From a virus: a DNA stretch of 20,304 bases. Numbering within the stretch: the stretch's first letter is position 1; each line of letters starts with the position of its first letter. Below are positions 1-9,019 of the stretch, in pieces. A program made the position numbers and the translations under genes. The stretch lies in UHGV virus genome UHGV-0219734; one strand, 5' to 3'. The notes beneath the pieces were generated by a model. That model did not search any database. It saw only the letters and a program-made list of their open reading frames with translations, and was not told where the DNA came from.

Positions 1-2817
1 TTGCCATTCGCAGGATTAATCATCGCAATCCTGTCCGCCGCCAGCAGCACCTGACTCTGCATACCGTCAGGGGTATTCTCAATACCGGCACCAATACCCG
101 CGATATAAAGGCGTCCGTCCTGCATCTGCTGCAGCTTCACAGCCCACATGCTGTTCAGGTTATTATTTGTATCAACCTGAACCTTCTGTATCTGCTGAAT
201 TGCCGCACTCTGGTCTTCCAGTTTCTTATTGACGGTCTGCGTGATTTCATTGCTGACATCCGTAATGGACGTCCTGATTTCAGCCAGGTCAGGCGCAAGC
301 TGACCGTTATCAATCTGCGTCCACAGCTCCTGAGCCAGATGGCTTTTCCCTATCTCTCCTTTGAAAAAATCCAGATAGCCGGATGCATCATCACTCGGCT
401 GGCCAACAGCCTCCACAAATGCCGATTTGCCAACGGTGTTCACACTGCGGATGTAAAAATAATAATCATGGCCCGGTTTGATATTGATACTGGCGGCTAT
501 CCAGTACAGCGCCGTGCCAAGATAGCGGGCTGTGGTTTCAACCTGCCTGATATCGGTAATCCGCGTTTCCGAGAACCAGAACTCAAACTGTACCGTCGGA
601 TCATAAACCGCAAGATGCGGCGTGGCAGTTATCTGAAAATAGCCCGGCGTCAGCTCAATCCGCGACGGCGCTGCCGGTGCGGCAATCCGGAACGATACCG
701 ACGCCGGATCGCCCTGCTGCCCCCACGCATTTACTGCCCGGACTGTCAGCCTGTAGTTCCCCAGCGCCAGTTGCCTGAAGCGGTATGTGGTTTCCGTCGT
801 CCTGGCCGTGCTGACCAGCCGCTCACTGCCGTCGTCCGCTGCCACGGTCAGACGGAGCAGGAAGCTCACGCCCTTCACCACCTTCGGCGTGTCCCAGCGC
901 GCCAGCACCTGGTATTCCCCGCTGTCTGCGGTGACTTCGGCGGTCAGGTGCTGCACCGCTGGCGGCGTGACACCATTCACCGTGCCGCTCTGGTCGCCGT
1001 CAAAGTGCGCCCCGTTATCCACGATGGCCTCTTTTTCCGGTACATGCTGCACGGCGGTGATGGCATACGTGCCGTCGTCGTTCTCACGGATACTCACGCA
1101 GCGGAACAGGCGCTGGCGCAGCGTCGGCAGCTTCAGCCCCCACACGCTGTATTCAGCAACACCGTCAGGAACACGGCTCACTTTTACCTTCACGCCGTCG
1201 GTGACGGACTGAACCTCCACGCTGACCGGATTGCCACTTCCGTCAACCAGGCTTATCAGCGTGGTACCGGAGGATGGCAGCGTGATTTCACGGTCGAGCG
1301 TCAGCGTCCGGGTCTGGCTGTTCACCGCCAGCACACGACCACCGGTGCTGATACCGGCATAGTCATCATCACAGATTTCAATAACATCGCCCGGTACATG
1401 GCGAAGCCCTTCTGCGCCGACGCTGAAATCCACGGTCTGCGTTTCCAGCAGTTCTGTTTTAATCAGCCACAGCCCGGCGCGGTGTGCCTGCCCCCGACTG
1501 GTACAGCCAAAGGCATCCATCTTCGTGACGTTACGACCGTAACGGGCAATGGCCTGCGTGTCCTCCACAAGCTCTGTCGCCGTCTCCCAGCCGTTGTCCG
1601 GGTCAATCCAGTTCACCTCAACGGCATTATGGCGGTCCTTCAGGGCGCTGAAGCTGTAGCGGAACGGCGCGCCATCATCCGGCATCACCACATTACTGCG
1701 GTTATAGGTCCACACCTTATCCGACGGTCGGTCCTGCACGAACGTCAGCGTCTGCCCGTTCCATACCGGCATACAGCGCATCGCCGAGCAGAAATCACTG
1801 AGCACATCCCACGCCTTGCGCTGTGTGGTCAGGTACGCATTACAGGTGATGCGCGGCTCCGTGCCGCCAAAGCCGTCCGGCACTGACTGGTCGCAATTCT
1901 GGCCGATGACATACAGCGCCCATTTATCCACATCTGCCGCACCAAGACGTTTCCCCATGCCGTAGCGCGGGTGGGTCAGCATATCCCACAGACACCAGGC
2001 CATGTTGTTGCTGTATGCCGGTTTTAACGTTCCGTCCCAGATACCGCTGTATTGCCGCGTCTGCGGGTTATAATTCGACGGCACCTGCAGAATGCGCCCG
2101 CGAAGATGATAATTACGGCTCACCTGCTGGCTGCCGAACTGCTCCGAATCCACCTGCACGCCGACCAGTGCCGTGTTCGGGTAGCACTGTTTCACATCGA
2201 TGATTTCGGTGTATGACGACCAGAGCGTTTTGTTCTGCAGCTGGTCTGTGGTGCTGTCCGGCGTCATCCTGCGCATCCGGATATTAAACGGGCGCGGCGG
2301 CAGGTTATCCACCACCACCGAGGCCAGATACTGCGAGGTGGTTTTGCCCTTAATGGTGATGTCTTTTTCCGTCACCCAGCCACCGTTACGCTGTATCTGA
2401 ACCAGCAGGCGGACTTCCGACGGATTCCGGTCCCCCTTTGAAGTGGTTTCCACCAGTGCCTGCACACCGAAGGTAAAGCGCAGTCGGTCGATGTTTGCCG
2501 ACGTGATGGTGCGGGTGATCGGCGTGTCATATTTCACTTCCGTACCCAGCACCGTCTCGGAACCGGAGGATTCAAAGCCCTCCGGCGGTGTCTGCTCCTG
2601 CTCACCTGCCCGGAACACCACCGTGACGCCGGAGATATTGGTATTCCCCTCACTGTCCAGCACCGGCGTACTGTTCAGCAGCACGCTTTTTAACCCATCC
2701 ACCGGACCTTCAACCGGCCCTTCGCTGATGGCATCGATCACACTCAGCAACTGCGTGGACTTCAGGTTGTCCTTCGCTTCGCGCGGGGTATGCCCCTTAC
2801 TGCTACCTTTACCCATT
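1..2817 (-). CDS. J: Tail tip / central tail fibre protein J, N-terminal ~939 codons (3' end runs off the window start)
   Basis: Minus-strand ATG at 2815-2817 preceded by GGAG. Translation begins [13 protein letters not shown], and a spot-checked internal stretch (~1800-1890: [40 protein letters not shown]) matches lambda gpJ as I recall it. The ORF track reports no minus-strand ORF below 2883, consistent with one open frame leaving the window. The large plus-strand ORFs here are Arg-rich antisense artefacts. Confidence 0.9.
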
Positions 2818-2828
2818 CCTCACACTCC

Positions 2829-2857
2829 ATAAACAACAAAGCCGCCCAAAAGGCGGC
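2829..2857 (-). terminator. Rho-independent terminator-like hairpin downstream of the lipoprotein moron, immediately 5' of the J ribosome-binding site
   Basis: Plus strand reads aaacaacaaa-gccgcc-caaaa-ggcggc: a 6-bp all-GC stem with 5-nt loop. On the minus-strand transcript the hairpin is followed by a U-rich tract (UUUGUUGUUU). Lies between the lipoprotein stop (2883) and J start (2817). Confidence 0.55.
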
Positions 2858-2882
2858 TCATGAGTTACGGCAGGATTAACTA

Positions 2883-3221
2883 TTATTTACATGCATTAAC
2901 ACTATCAGCAAAAATTTTTGGCGTTAATGCTGGTACGCGTTCATAAAGAGTAAAACTACTGCCATTTCCTGCTTTTTTGATATCAAGCACAACATCATAC
3001 CCACCCATAGCCTGTGGAACTAAAAGGCTTACCCCATTCTCAATAGGAATGGATGTTATAGGTGTTCCATTACCAGCCCATTGTCTGGATATGCAGCCTG
3101 ACAATTCATCAATATTTTTTAATGAATTACCTTCCATTACAGGCTTGCCGGATTTTACGTAATCCAAAGATTTACATCCTGTTAAGGCAATAATCGTGCA
3201 GAATAAAATCGTTTTGTTCAT
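2883..3221 (-). CDS. Moron-encoded small secreted lipoprotein of unknown function (112 aa from ATG; track ORF extends to a TTG at 3233)
   Basis: Translation MNKTILFCTIIALTG|CKSLDYVKSGKPV... has a hydrophobic signal peptide plus lipobox (L-T-G-C), Lys at +2, and two further Cys (SGCISRQ, NACK). AT-rich gene with AT-rich upstream region and terminator hairpin downstream. Sits between I and J, which are adjacent in lambda. No strong Shine-Dalgarno seen, so start is uncertain. Confidence 0.6.
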   Translation of the reverse strand: MNKTILFCTIIALTGCKSLDYVKSGKPVMEGNSLKNIDELSGCISRQWAGNGTPITSIPIENGVSLLVPQAMGGYDVVLDIKKAGNGSSFTLYERVPALTPKIFADSVNACK

Positions 3222-3293
3222 ATAGCTAACCAACAGAATAATTATCAGTGTTCGATATAAATATTAAATCAGTTAGAACATGAGTAAATAATA
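3222..3293 (-). promoter_or_regulatory. AT-rich putative promoter region of the lipoprotein moron
   Basis: About 70 bp of very AT-rich sequence between the I stop and the lipoprotein start, with several -10-like hexamers on the minus strand (e.g. GATAAT, TATTTA). Exact -35/-10 cannot be assigned by eye. Confidence 0.3.
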
Positions 3294-3965
3294 TTACCGC
3301 CCAATTACCACAACCTGACCACCATCCCCTTCATCTGCCGTGCTGATCTCCTGAGATGCCACGCGTGACCCCACGCGCATTTCACCGTACAGAACGGGCA
3401 GAACATTACCCTGGGCAACCATGTTATCCAGTGAAGAGAAATACGTGTTCTGCTTACCGTTATCCGTTGTCTGTGTACGGGGAGTTCTGGCTTTCGGTGC
3501 CAGCATCTGCGCCACACCACCGAGCACCATACTGGCACCGAGAGAAAACAGGATACCGGTCATACCACCGGCCCCAATGGCTGCCCCCCATGCTGCAAGG
3601 GTGGCTCCGGCAGTAAAGAATGATCCGGCAATGGCGGCAGCTCCCAGGACAATCTGGAATACGCCACCTGACTTGGCCCCGGCGACTCTGGGAACAATAT
3701 GAATCACAGCGCCATCAGGCAGAGTCTCATGTAACTGCGCCGTTAATCCGGACGTGCTGACATCCCGTCCGGCAATCCGTACCTGATACCAGCCGTCGCT
3801 CAGTTTCTGACGAAACGCCGGGAGCTGTGTGGCCAGCGCCCGGATAGCTTCAGCCCCCGTTTTCACACGAAGATCGATGCGGCGGCCAAATCGTTGTAAA
3901 TCCCCGTAAAGGCAGATGCGTGCCATGCCCGGTGACGCCAGAGGGAGTGTGTGCGTCGCTGCCAT
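3294..3965 (-). CDS. I: Tail tip assembly protein I
   Basis: 223-aa ORF with ATG at 3963-3965; same length as lambda gpI. Gly/Ala-rich hydrophobic C-terminal half (GAAAIAGSFFTAGATLAAWGAAIGAGGMTGILFSLGASMVLGG). Position between K and J. Overlaps the K 3' end by 103 nt in another frame. Confidence 0.9.
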   Translation of the reverse strand: MAATHTLPLASPGMARICLYGDLQRFGRRIDLRVKTGAEAIRALATQLPAFRQKLSDGWYQVRIAGRDVSTSGLTAQLHETLPDGAVIHIVPRVAGAKSGGVFQIVLGAAAIAGSFFTAGATLAAWGAAIGAGGMTGILFSLGASMVLGGVAQMLAPKARTPRTQTTDNGKQNTYFSSLDNMVAQGNVLPVLYGEMRVGSRVASQEISTADEGDGGQVVVIGR

Positions 3966-4606
3966 TTGTCGGTATACCTCTCTCGTTTGCTCAGTTGTTC
4001 AGGAATATGGTGCAGCAGCTCGCCGTCACCACAGTAAATGGCGGCATGATTCGGCACCGATGAACCAAAACAGCACAGCAGCACATCGCCCGGCTGCGCC
4101 GCTGACAACGGCACCTGATACAGCCCTGTGGCCTCCAGATTATCCAGATAGAGATTCTGACCGTTACGCCACCAGTCATCCTCGCGATGAAAATCCGGCA
4201 TCTCAATCCCCGCCAGATGGTAAGCATCCCGGAACAGCGTGTAACAGTCCGTCACCCCGTGCTCAAAGCGCCGCCCGGTAAGATGTGGCACACAGCGGAA
4301 CTTGTAAATCGCCCCCCGGCAGACCAGCCACCACGGCAAATCACTCTGCACCTGCAGCCGCCGGTCGGCTTCACTCAGCCAGGGCAGACCACCGGGATGG
4401 CTGTGCACCAGCGCGACTATCTCACCCTGCATTTCTGCCTGCAGCCAGTCTTCCGGCGACATCCGGAAATACGCCTCAGGCTCACCGGAGATATTCACGC
4501 AGGGAAAATATCTTTCCCCCTCCGGCGTTCTCACCACGAAGCCGCACGACTCCGCTGGCGCACATCGCCGGGCGTGCGCCAGAATCGCTGATTCTGTCTC
4601 TGTCAT
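3863..4606 (-). CDS. K: Tail tip assembly protein K (JAB/MPN metallopeptidase + NlpC/P60 domains)
   Basis: 247-aa ORF, ATG at 4604-4606, 6 nt after the L stop. JAMM-type motif ALVHSHPGGLPWLSEAD; Cys/His pair typical of NlpC/P60 (GVTDCYTLF ... NHAAIYCGDG). Conserved lambda-like order L-K-I. Confidence 0.9.
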   Translation of the reverse strand: MTETESAILAHARRCAPAESCGFVVRTPEGERYFPCVNISGEPEAYFRMSPEDWLQAEMQGEIVALVHSHPGGLPWLSEADRRLQVQSDLPWWLVCRGAIYKFRCVPHLTGRRFEHGVTDCYTLFRDAYHLAGIEMPDFHREDDWWRNGQNLYLDNLEATGLYQVPLSAAQPGDVLLCCFGSSVPNHAAIYCGDGELLHHIPEQLSKRERYTDKWQRRTHSLWRHRAWHASAFTGIYNDLAAASIFV

Positions 4607-4611
4607 GGGAT

Positions 4612-5310
4612 TTACTGCGAAAGTTTGTTAATGGAAAGGAAGCCGCCAAAGTTGCCGACGTTATTGCGAAACTTACAGCCACTCAGGCATTTGCTGCATT
4701 TATCCTTCGTGATATCGGACGTCGGCTGGTCATATTCATCCGCGACAGCCGGACCGTTATAACCGCACTCATCACCGCGATAGGTCCAGGTGCAGGTATT
4801 AGCCAGCATGATGCGCCCCGGAAAAACAGCACCATCCGTTTCCGTCGGCGTGGACAGTACAAAGGAGGCACTCACCGCGCTCAGTTCGCTGCACTGCTCG
4901 ATGCGCCAGCGGCTGATCACCTCCTGCTCCGGATCGGCGTCGCTGTTTCCGTTGACGAAGTTCACCGCATCCAGAAAACGGGCATAAACCTTACGCCTGA
5001 CCACCGTTCCGCCGACCAGACTCTGCAGGTCTTCCGCCATCCCGGTGACCATACCGTACAGGTTAGAAACCGTCAGCGTGGGACGCGTACTGGTGCCTTT
5101 GCCATTCAGTTCGAAACCACTCCCCTGAATGGGATACGCCTGATACTGCCGCCCCTGCCAGGTGACCGGCTCACCTTTTTCGTTCTGCTCATTACAGAAA
5201 AAATAACGTTCTCCACCAACCTCTGTCAGATCGATTTCCCAGAGCACCACGCAGGCAGACTGCTCCGCACGGGTGCATTCATTCAGTGTTTCCTGTCGGA
5301 TATTCTGCAT
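4612..5310 (-). CDS. L: Minor tail protein L
   Basis: 232-aa ORF, same length as lambda gpL. Start ATG overlaps the M stop (ATGA). Cys cluster near the C-terminus (CSKCLSGCKF). Gene order M-L-K. Confidence 0.9.
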   Translation of the reverse strand: MQNIRQETLNECTRAEQSACVVLWEIDLTEVGGERYFFCNEQNEKGEPVTWQGRQYQAYPIQGSGFELNGKGTSTRPTLTVSNLYGMVTGMAEDLQSLVGGTVVRRKVYARFLDAVNFVNGNSDADPEQEVISRWRIEQCSELSAVSASFVLSTPTETDGAVFPGRIMLANTCTWTYRGDECGYNGPAVADEYDQPTSDITKDKCSKCLSGCKFRNNVGNFGGFLSINKLSQ

Positions 5311-5639
5311 CAGTTCACCACCTGTTCAAACTCTGCGCTGAACTCAACACGCAACATACTGACCCGCGACGACCATTTTGCGCAGGTCACCTTTATCTGC
5401 CGGTAGCCATAAGGCGGCGTCCACAGAAAGGCCTTCCAGCCCCCGTGCTCAGCCAGAAACGATTCCAGTGCCGTGGCCTCCTCGCGGGGAACAGAAAGCG
5501 TCACGCTGTACGTTTTCAGGTCAGCGTTCAGCCCGGCAGGCGCACGCTGAGAATAGCCATCACCAAAGCGCACCTTTATTACGGAAGGGGCCGAAGCCAC
5601 ATCCATACCGGGTTTCACTTTCCAGCGGAAGGTTTTCAT
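5310..5639 (-). CDS. M: Minor tail protein M
   Basis: 109-aa ORF (MKTFRWKVKPGMDVAS...EFSAEFEQVVN), matching lambda gpM length and, by recollection, nearly all of its sequence. ATG overlaps the H stop (ATGA). Confidence 0.92.
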   Translation of the reverse strand: MKTFRWKVKPGMDVASAPSVIKVRFGDGYSQRAPAGLNADLKTYSVTLSVPREEATALESFLAEHGGWKAFLWTPPYGYRQIKVTCAKWSSRVSMLRVEFSAEFEQVVN

Positions 5640-8600
5640 CGTCCACCTCCGGAGAACAGACCACCATCACGGGACTGCTGTTGCATAAAGTCCGCTGCTG
5701 CTTTTTTCCCGAGGTCATAAACCACCTTCAGGGCAGCCGGACCTATCTGCCCGTTCGTGCCATCGTTATTGATCTCGATGTTGTACTGCGGGGCAAACAT
5801 CGCCATACCTGAACCACCAATATCCGCCACAACCCCCAGCTTACCGTCAGCACCACGACGCAGAGGCAGAATGGCTTCAGGCCCAGCTTCCCCCATCACA
5901 CCTGCACCTTTTGCAAAAGCAAAAAACGTCGGACGGTTAACCACCGTGCCACTGTAGCGACTCAAATCAGCAGACTGATAAACACCACCATCAGCATTGG
6001 GCGTCACACTGGCAGTTGCTGCACTCCCCCAGCCAAACGCCGAACCAATCCCCTTAACTGCCTGCATCATGGACATCTGGGCCATGATTTTTGCCAGATC
6101 AGAAAGGAGCGAGGCGGTAAAAGATTTGAAGTTCAGTTTTCCGGTAGTACAGAACGTTGCCAGTGCATTACCTGCACTGTTAAATGCCGCTGTAAGCATC
6201 TGCTCAGCAGTGCCTGCCGCATTATCCGCATCTGCCGTGAAATTCTGAAACGCCCGCATAGCACCGTTTTTCCAGTTACCCTGAGCAATTTCAAGCTGTT
6301 GCCAGTAACGGCGATTCTCATTCAGTTGTCGGTTCAGGCTCTCCGTCAGCGCCTGCTCGGCCTTTCTGTAGTCATCCGTGTTATATGTCCCTTTCTGCTC
6401 ACTATCCCGCCTCAACTGCTCCAGCTGTTGCTGGTATTTCTGGCGAAGACTCAGTTGTACCTGATATCGCTGCCGCTGCTGATCACCCATACCCACCGTG
6501 GCGATATCCAGGTCATGTTGCTGGCGCTGAGCGCGCTCTTCTTCAGCCAGTTGACTGGTCAGCTGAATTGTTTTTTTCTTCAGATCGTTGAGTGCCGTCT
6601 GTTTCTGAAGCTCCTGCTGTTTTACATCCAGCAGCGTCAGTGCCTGAATCAGTTCATCTTTACGGGCCAGCAAACTCTTTTCATCTGCCGTCAGTTTTTT
6701 CCCGTCCAGATCGCTGATGCGCTGCTGCAGAGCCAGAAGCTGTTTATGCGCTTCTGTCATCCTGTCAGTGGCAATGCCTGCTGACTGTCTTGCAGCAGCA
6801 ATCTGCCCTTCCACCTGTGCCTGTTGCTGACTGTACTGCAGCAATAACCGGGTGGCCTCATCATTACGGGTTTCGCGTGTTTTTTTCTTACCGGATGCCA
6901 GGGCTTTCTCGTAACGTTCATTTTCACGTTGTATCGCCGCATCCCTGACAGCCTGATCGGCGTACTGCATGGCATTAATACGCGCAATTTCACGCTGATG
7001 CCGTGCTGCTTCCGTTTCATTCATCCGGTTCAGTGCAGCATTTTCAGCATTACGGCGTTTCTGTTGCTCCTGATAATTCCGCTCTGCCTGCTCTTTTGCA
7101 TCCTGCAAATCCTTCTGGCGTTTTTTCTCCTGAAGATCGTTAAGACGCTGCTGATCGTATTCAACCTGAGAAGATGATGCCGTCCAGGGGAGTCTTTTCG
7201 CCCGCGACACTTTCTCCTGTAAAGCGGCAATCTGTTCATCCAGCGAGTCTTCACGACCAATATTCATGGCCGCATCCCAGAACTGCTTCCACCAGTCAGA
7301 CAAAGTTTGCAGCGTGCTACCCAGCGCATTGAGGTTATTATCAATATCCGCAGTACGACGATCGGTTTCCTCTGCCAGTGCAGACATGGCTATCCGTGCA
7401 GCATCACTGGACCGCCCCTGCTCCCCAAGGACGCGTATCTGCTCAAGCTGAGTGGCAGTAAGAAAATGCAGCTCATTGTCCAGAGCCTTCGCGGCATTTA
7501 CAGGATCATCCTTCAGCCGCTTAAACTGACTTATGGTATCGCTGACCGACTGGCCAACCGATCGCTCCATCTGTGCGGCAGCTCTCGCCACCATACCGAT
7601 ATCGTTTCCACGAAATGCACCACTCCCCACCACCTGAGCCAGCGCACCGGCTGCAGCATGTTGCGTGATACCATTCCCGGAAATAGCACGACTGAGCGTC
7701 CACAGTTGCCCGGCAGTGACTCCGGCATAATGCCCCGTCAGCGACAACTGGCGGTTAAATTCTTCCCCCTCCTTCTGACCGTCATACCAGGCTTTACCCA
7801 GACCATAGACGGCCGCGGCAATACCGCCAATAACCCCGCCCAGCATCATGCCTTTCGGTGACATCAGTGTGTCTATCCATCCGGCACGGTTAGCCAGCGT
7901 TATCCCGGATCCCCTCAGCGCACCTAAATTGCCGCGGGCCAGTTCACCTATCAGAACGCCTATCTCCTGGCGGGCCGCTGCACTTTTCAGACCCAACGAA
8001 TGCGTGGCTTTTCCTGCCTGCTCCATTTTGCGGATATACACTTCTGCAGCACTGCTTACCCCCAGTTGGGCAGCCTTAGCACGAAGCAACTCAGAAGAAG
8101 AAAGATTCTGGCGGGTTGCCTGCTCTTTAAGCTGACGGATAAACGCCACTTTCTGTCGGGTAGACTCTTCCTCAGCCTGTGTAAGAACACGGGTTTTCGC
8201 AGTAACCTCAGAAATCAGCGCCAGATAATCCTGCTGACCAATCCCGCCACTGTTTCTGGCCTGTCGGATCTGCTGCTGAATACGCTGTAATTCCTGCAGC
8301 CCCGCACTGGCCTGGTTCACACTGTCAATCTGACGATAAAACGCAGCAGCCGCTTTATCCTGAGCCTCCGCCAGAGCCATGGCCTGCGCCTGTTCCTCGC
8401 GCATTTTCTGGCTCAGCGCCTCCATGCGCTGGCGGGTTTTCTCCACCTCGCGGGCCATGCGTTCATGAGCCTGTGCGTTCTTCTCCACCGTCTGCGCATG
8501 GACGGATGCGGCTGTTGCAGCCGAAGAAGCCGCCTGCGTTGTCTGCCGGGCGGCCTGAGTCTGACGCTCCATAAAACGCTGCATACGGGCAGAAGACCGT

Positions 8601-8710
8601 TCTGCATCGCTGGCTGCACCATTCAGAAGGTTTTTGATACGGGGGATTTCATTTTTAAACTCTGCCGCATCAATCCCCAAATCAATGACCAGGTTGGCTA
8701 TCTGGTCCAT
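5636..8710 (-). CDS. H: Tail tape measure protein (gpH-like), ~1024 aa from ATG 8708-8710
   Basis: Long ORF with extended coiled-coil-like middle (Q/E/R/A/L-rich). N-terminus MDQIANLVIDLGIDAAEF and C-terminus ...NNDGTNGQIGPAALKVVYDLGKK...RDGGLFSGGGR resemble lambda gpH. Strong SD (GGAGGTG) upstream of the ATG at 8710; the track start at 8740 is a TTG N-terminal extension. Confidence 0.9.
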   Translation of the reverse strand: MDQIANLVIDLGIDAAEFKNEIPRIKNLLNGAASDAERSSARMQRFMERQTQAARQTTQAASSAATAASVHAQTVEKNAQAHERMAREVEKTRQRMEALSQKMREEQAQAMALAEAQDKAAAAFYRQIDSVNQASAGLQELQRIQQQIRQARNSGGIGQQDYLALISEVTAKTRVLTQAEEESTRQKVAFIRQLKEQATRQNLSSSELLRAKAAQLGVSSAAEVYIRKMEQAGKATHSLGLKSAAARQEIGVLIGELARGNLGALRGSGITLANRAGWIDTLMSPKGMMLGGVIGGIAAAVYGLGKAWYDGQKEGEEFNRQLSLTGHYAGVTAGQLWTLSRAISGNGITQHAAAGALAQVVGSGAFRGNDIGMVARAAAQMERSVGQSVSDTISQFKRLKDDPVNAAKALDNELHFLTATQLEQIRVLGEQGRSSDAARIAMSALAEETDRRTADIDNNLNALGSTLQTLSDWWKQFWDAAMNIGREDSLDEQIAALQEKVSRAKRLPWTASSSQVEYDQQRLNDLQEKKRQKDLQDAKEQAERNYQEQQKRRNAENAALNRMNETEAARHQREIARINAMQYADQAVRDAAIQRENERYEKALASGKKKTRETRNDEATRLLLQYSQQQAQVEGQIAAARQSAGIATDRMTEAHKQLLALQQRISDLDGKKLTADEKSLLARKDELIQALTLLDVKQQELQKQTALNDLKKKTIQLTSQLAEEERAQRQQHDLDIATVGMGDQQRQRYQVQLSLRQKYQQQLEQLRRDSEQKGTYNTDDYRKAEQALTESLNRQLNENRRYWQQLEIAQGNWKNGAMRAFQNFTADADNAAGTAEQMLTAAFNSAGNALATFCTTGKLNFKSFTASLLSDLAKIMAQMSMMQAVKGIGSAFGWGSAATASVTPNADGGVYQSADLSRYSGTVVNRPTFFAFAKGAGVMGEAGPEAILPLRRGADGKLGVVADIGGSGMAMFAPQYNIEINNDGTNGQIGPAALKVVYDLGKKAAADFMQQQSRDGGLFSGGGR

Positions 8711-9011
8711 AACGCACACCTCCGGAAATACCTTCCCCAAGATGCATCAGTTCTTCGTCCGTTCGCTCCGGTATCCCGTTCTCTTCCGGTAAAAGGCTGA
8801 AATCAGCCACCGCAGCATCACTGCTGCCGGACACCATTCTCACGATCAATGCCTTCAGCGAGGCAAACTGCGCATCCATCCACACATCACTGAAGCTCTG
8901 CATCCGGAAATAATCGCCCCACTCACCAAGCTCAGTGGCCGACATTTCCGACAGCATCCGCCGCCAGTCTGCCCGCCGGAACTCCCGGGCAAGCCGCATG
9001 ACAAACTGCAT
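8682..9011 (-). CDS. T: T-frame segment of tail assembly chaperone, expected to be expressed as a G-T fusion by -1 frameshift
   Basis: ORF in the -1 frame relative to G, open from just upstream of the G stop. Translation ...LAREFRRADWRRMLSEMSATELGEW...GGVRYGPD resembles lambda gpT. Position between G and H. Confidence 0.8.
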   Translation of the reverse strand: MQFVMRLAREFRRADWRRMLSEMSATELGEWGDYFRMQSFSDVWMDAQFASLKALIVRMVSGSSDAAVADFSLLPEENGIPERTDEELMHLGEGISGGVRYGPDSQPGH

Positions 9012-9019
9012 TTCCCGCG

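Noticed and set aside
339-1886. 515-aa plus-strand ORF (also 787-1212, 2015-2203, 2200-2400, 2443-2832 plus)
   Set aside because: Antisense to the J coding region, which translates to a recognisable gpJ on the minus strand. Arg/His/Pro-rich, low-complexity composition typical of antisense frames in GC-rich coding DNA.
2977-3162. 61-aa plus-strand ORF inside the lipoprotein moron
   Set aside because: Antisense to the lipoprotein ORF, which has a clear signal peptide and lipobox; no start context.
4285-5406. 373-aa plus-strand ORF across K/L/M (and 4187-4591, 5286-5720, 5378-5812 plus)
   Set aside because: Antisense to well-supported lambda-like K, L and M; Arg/Pro-rich; no independent start context.
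5757-8800. Multiple plus-strand and alternative-frame ORFs inside the tape measure gene (e.g. 6299-6784 plus, 7307-7861 plus, 8465-8800 plus, 8413-8622 minus)
   Set aside because: All lie within the long tape-measure ORF. Low-complexity Leu/Gln/Arg-rich translations, the mirror image of a coiled-coil coding sequence.
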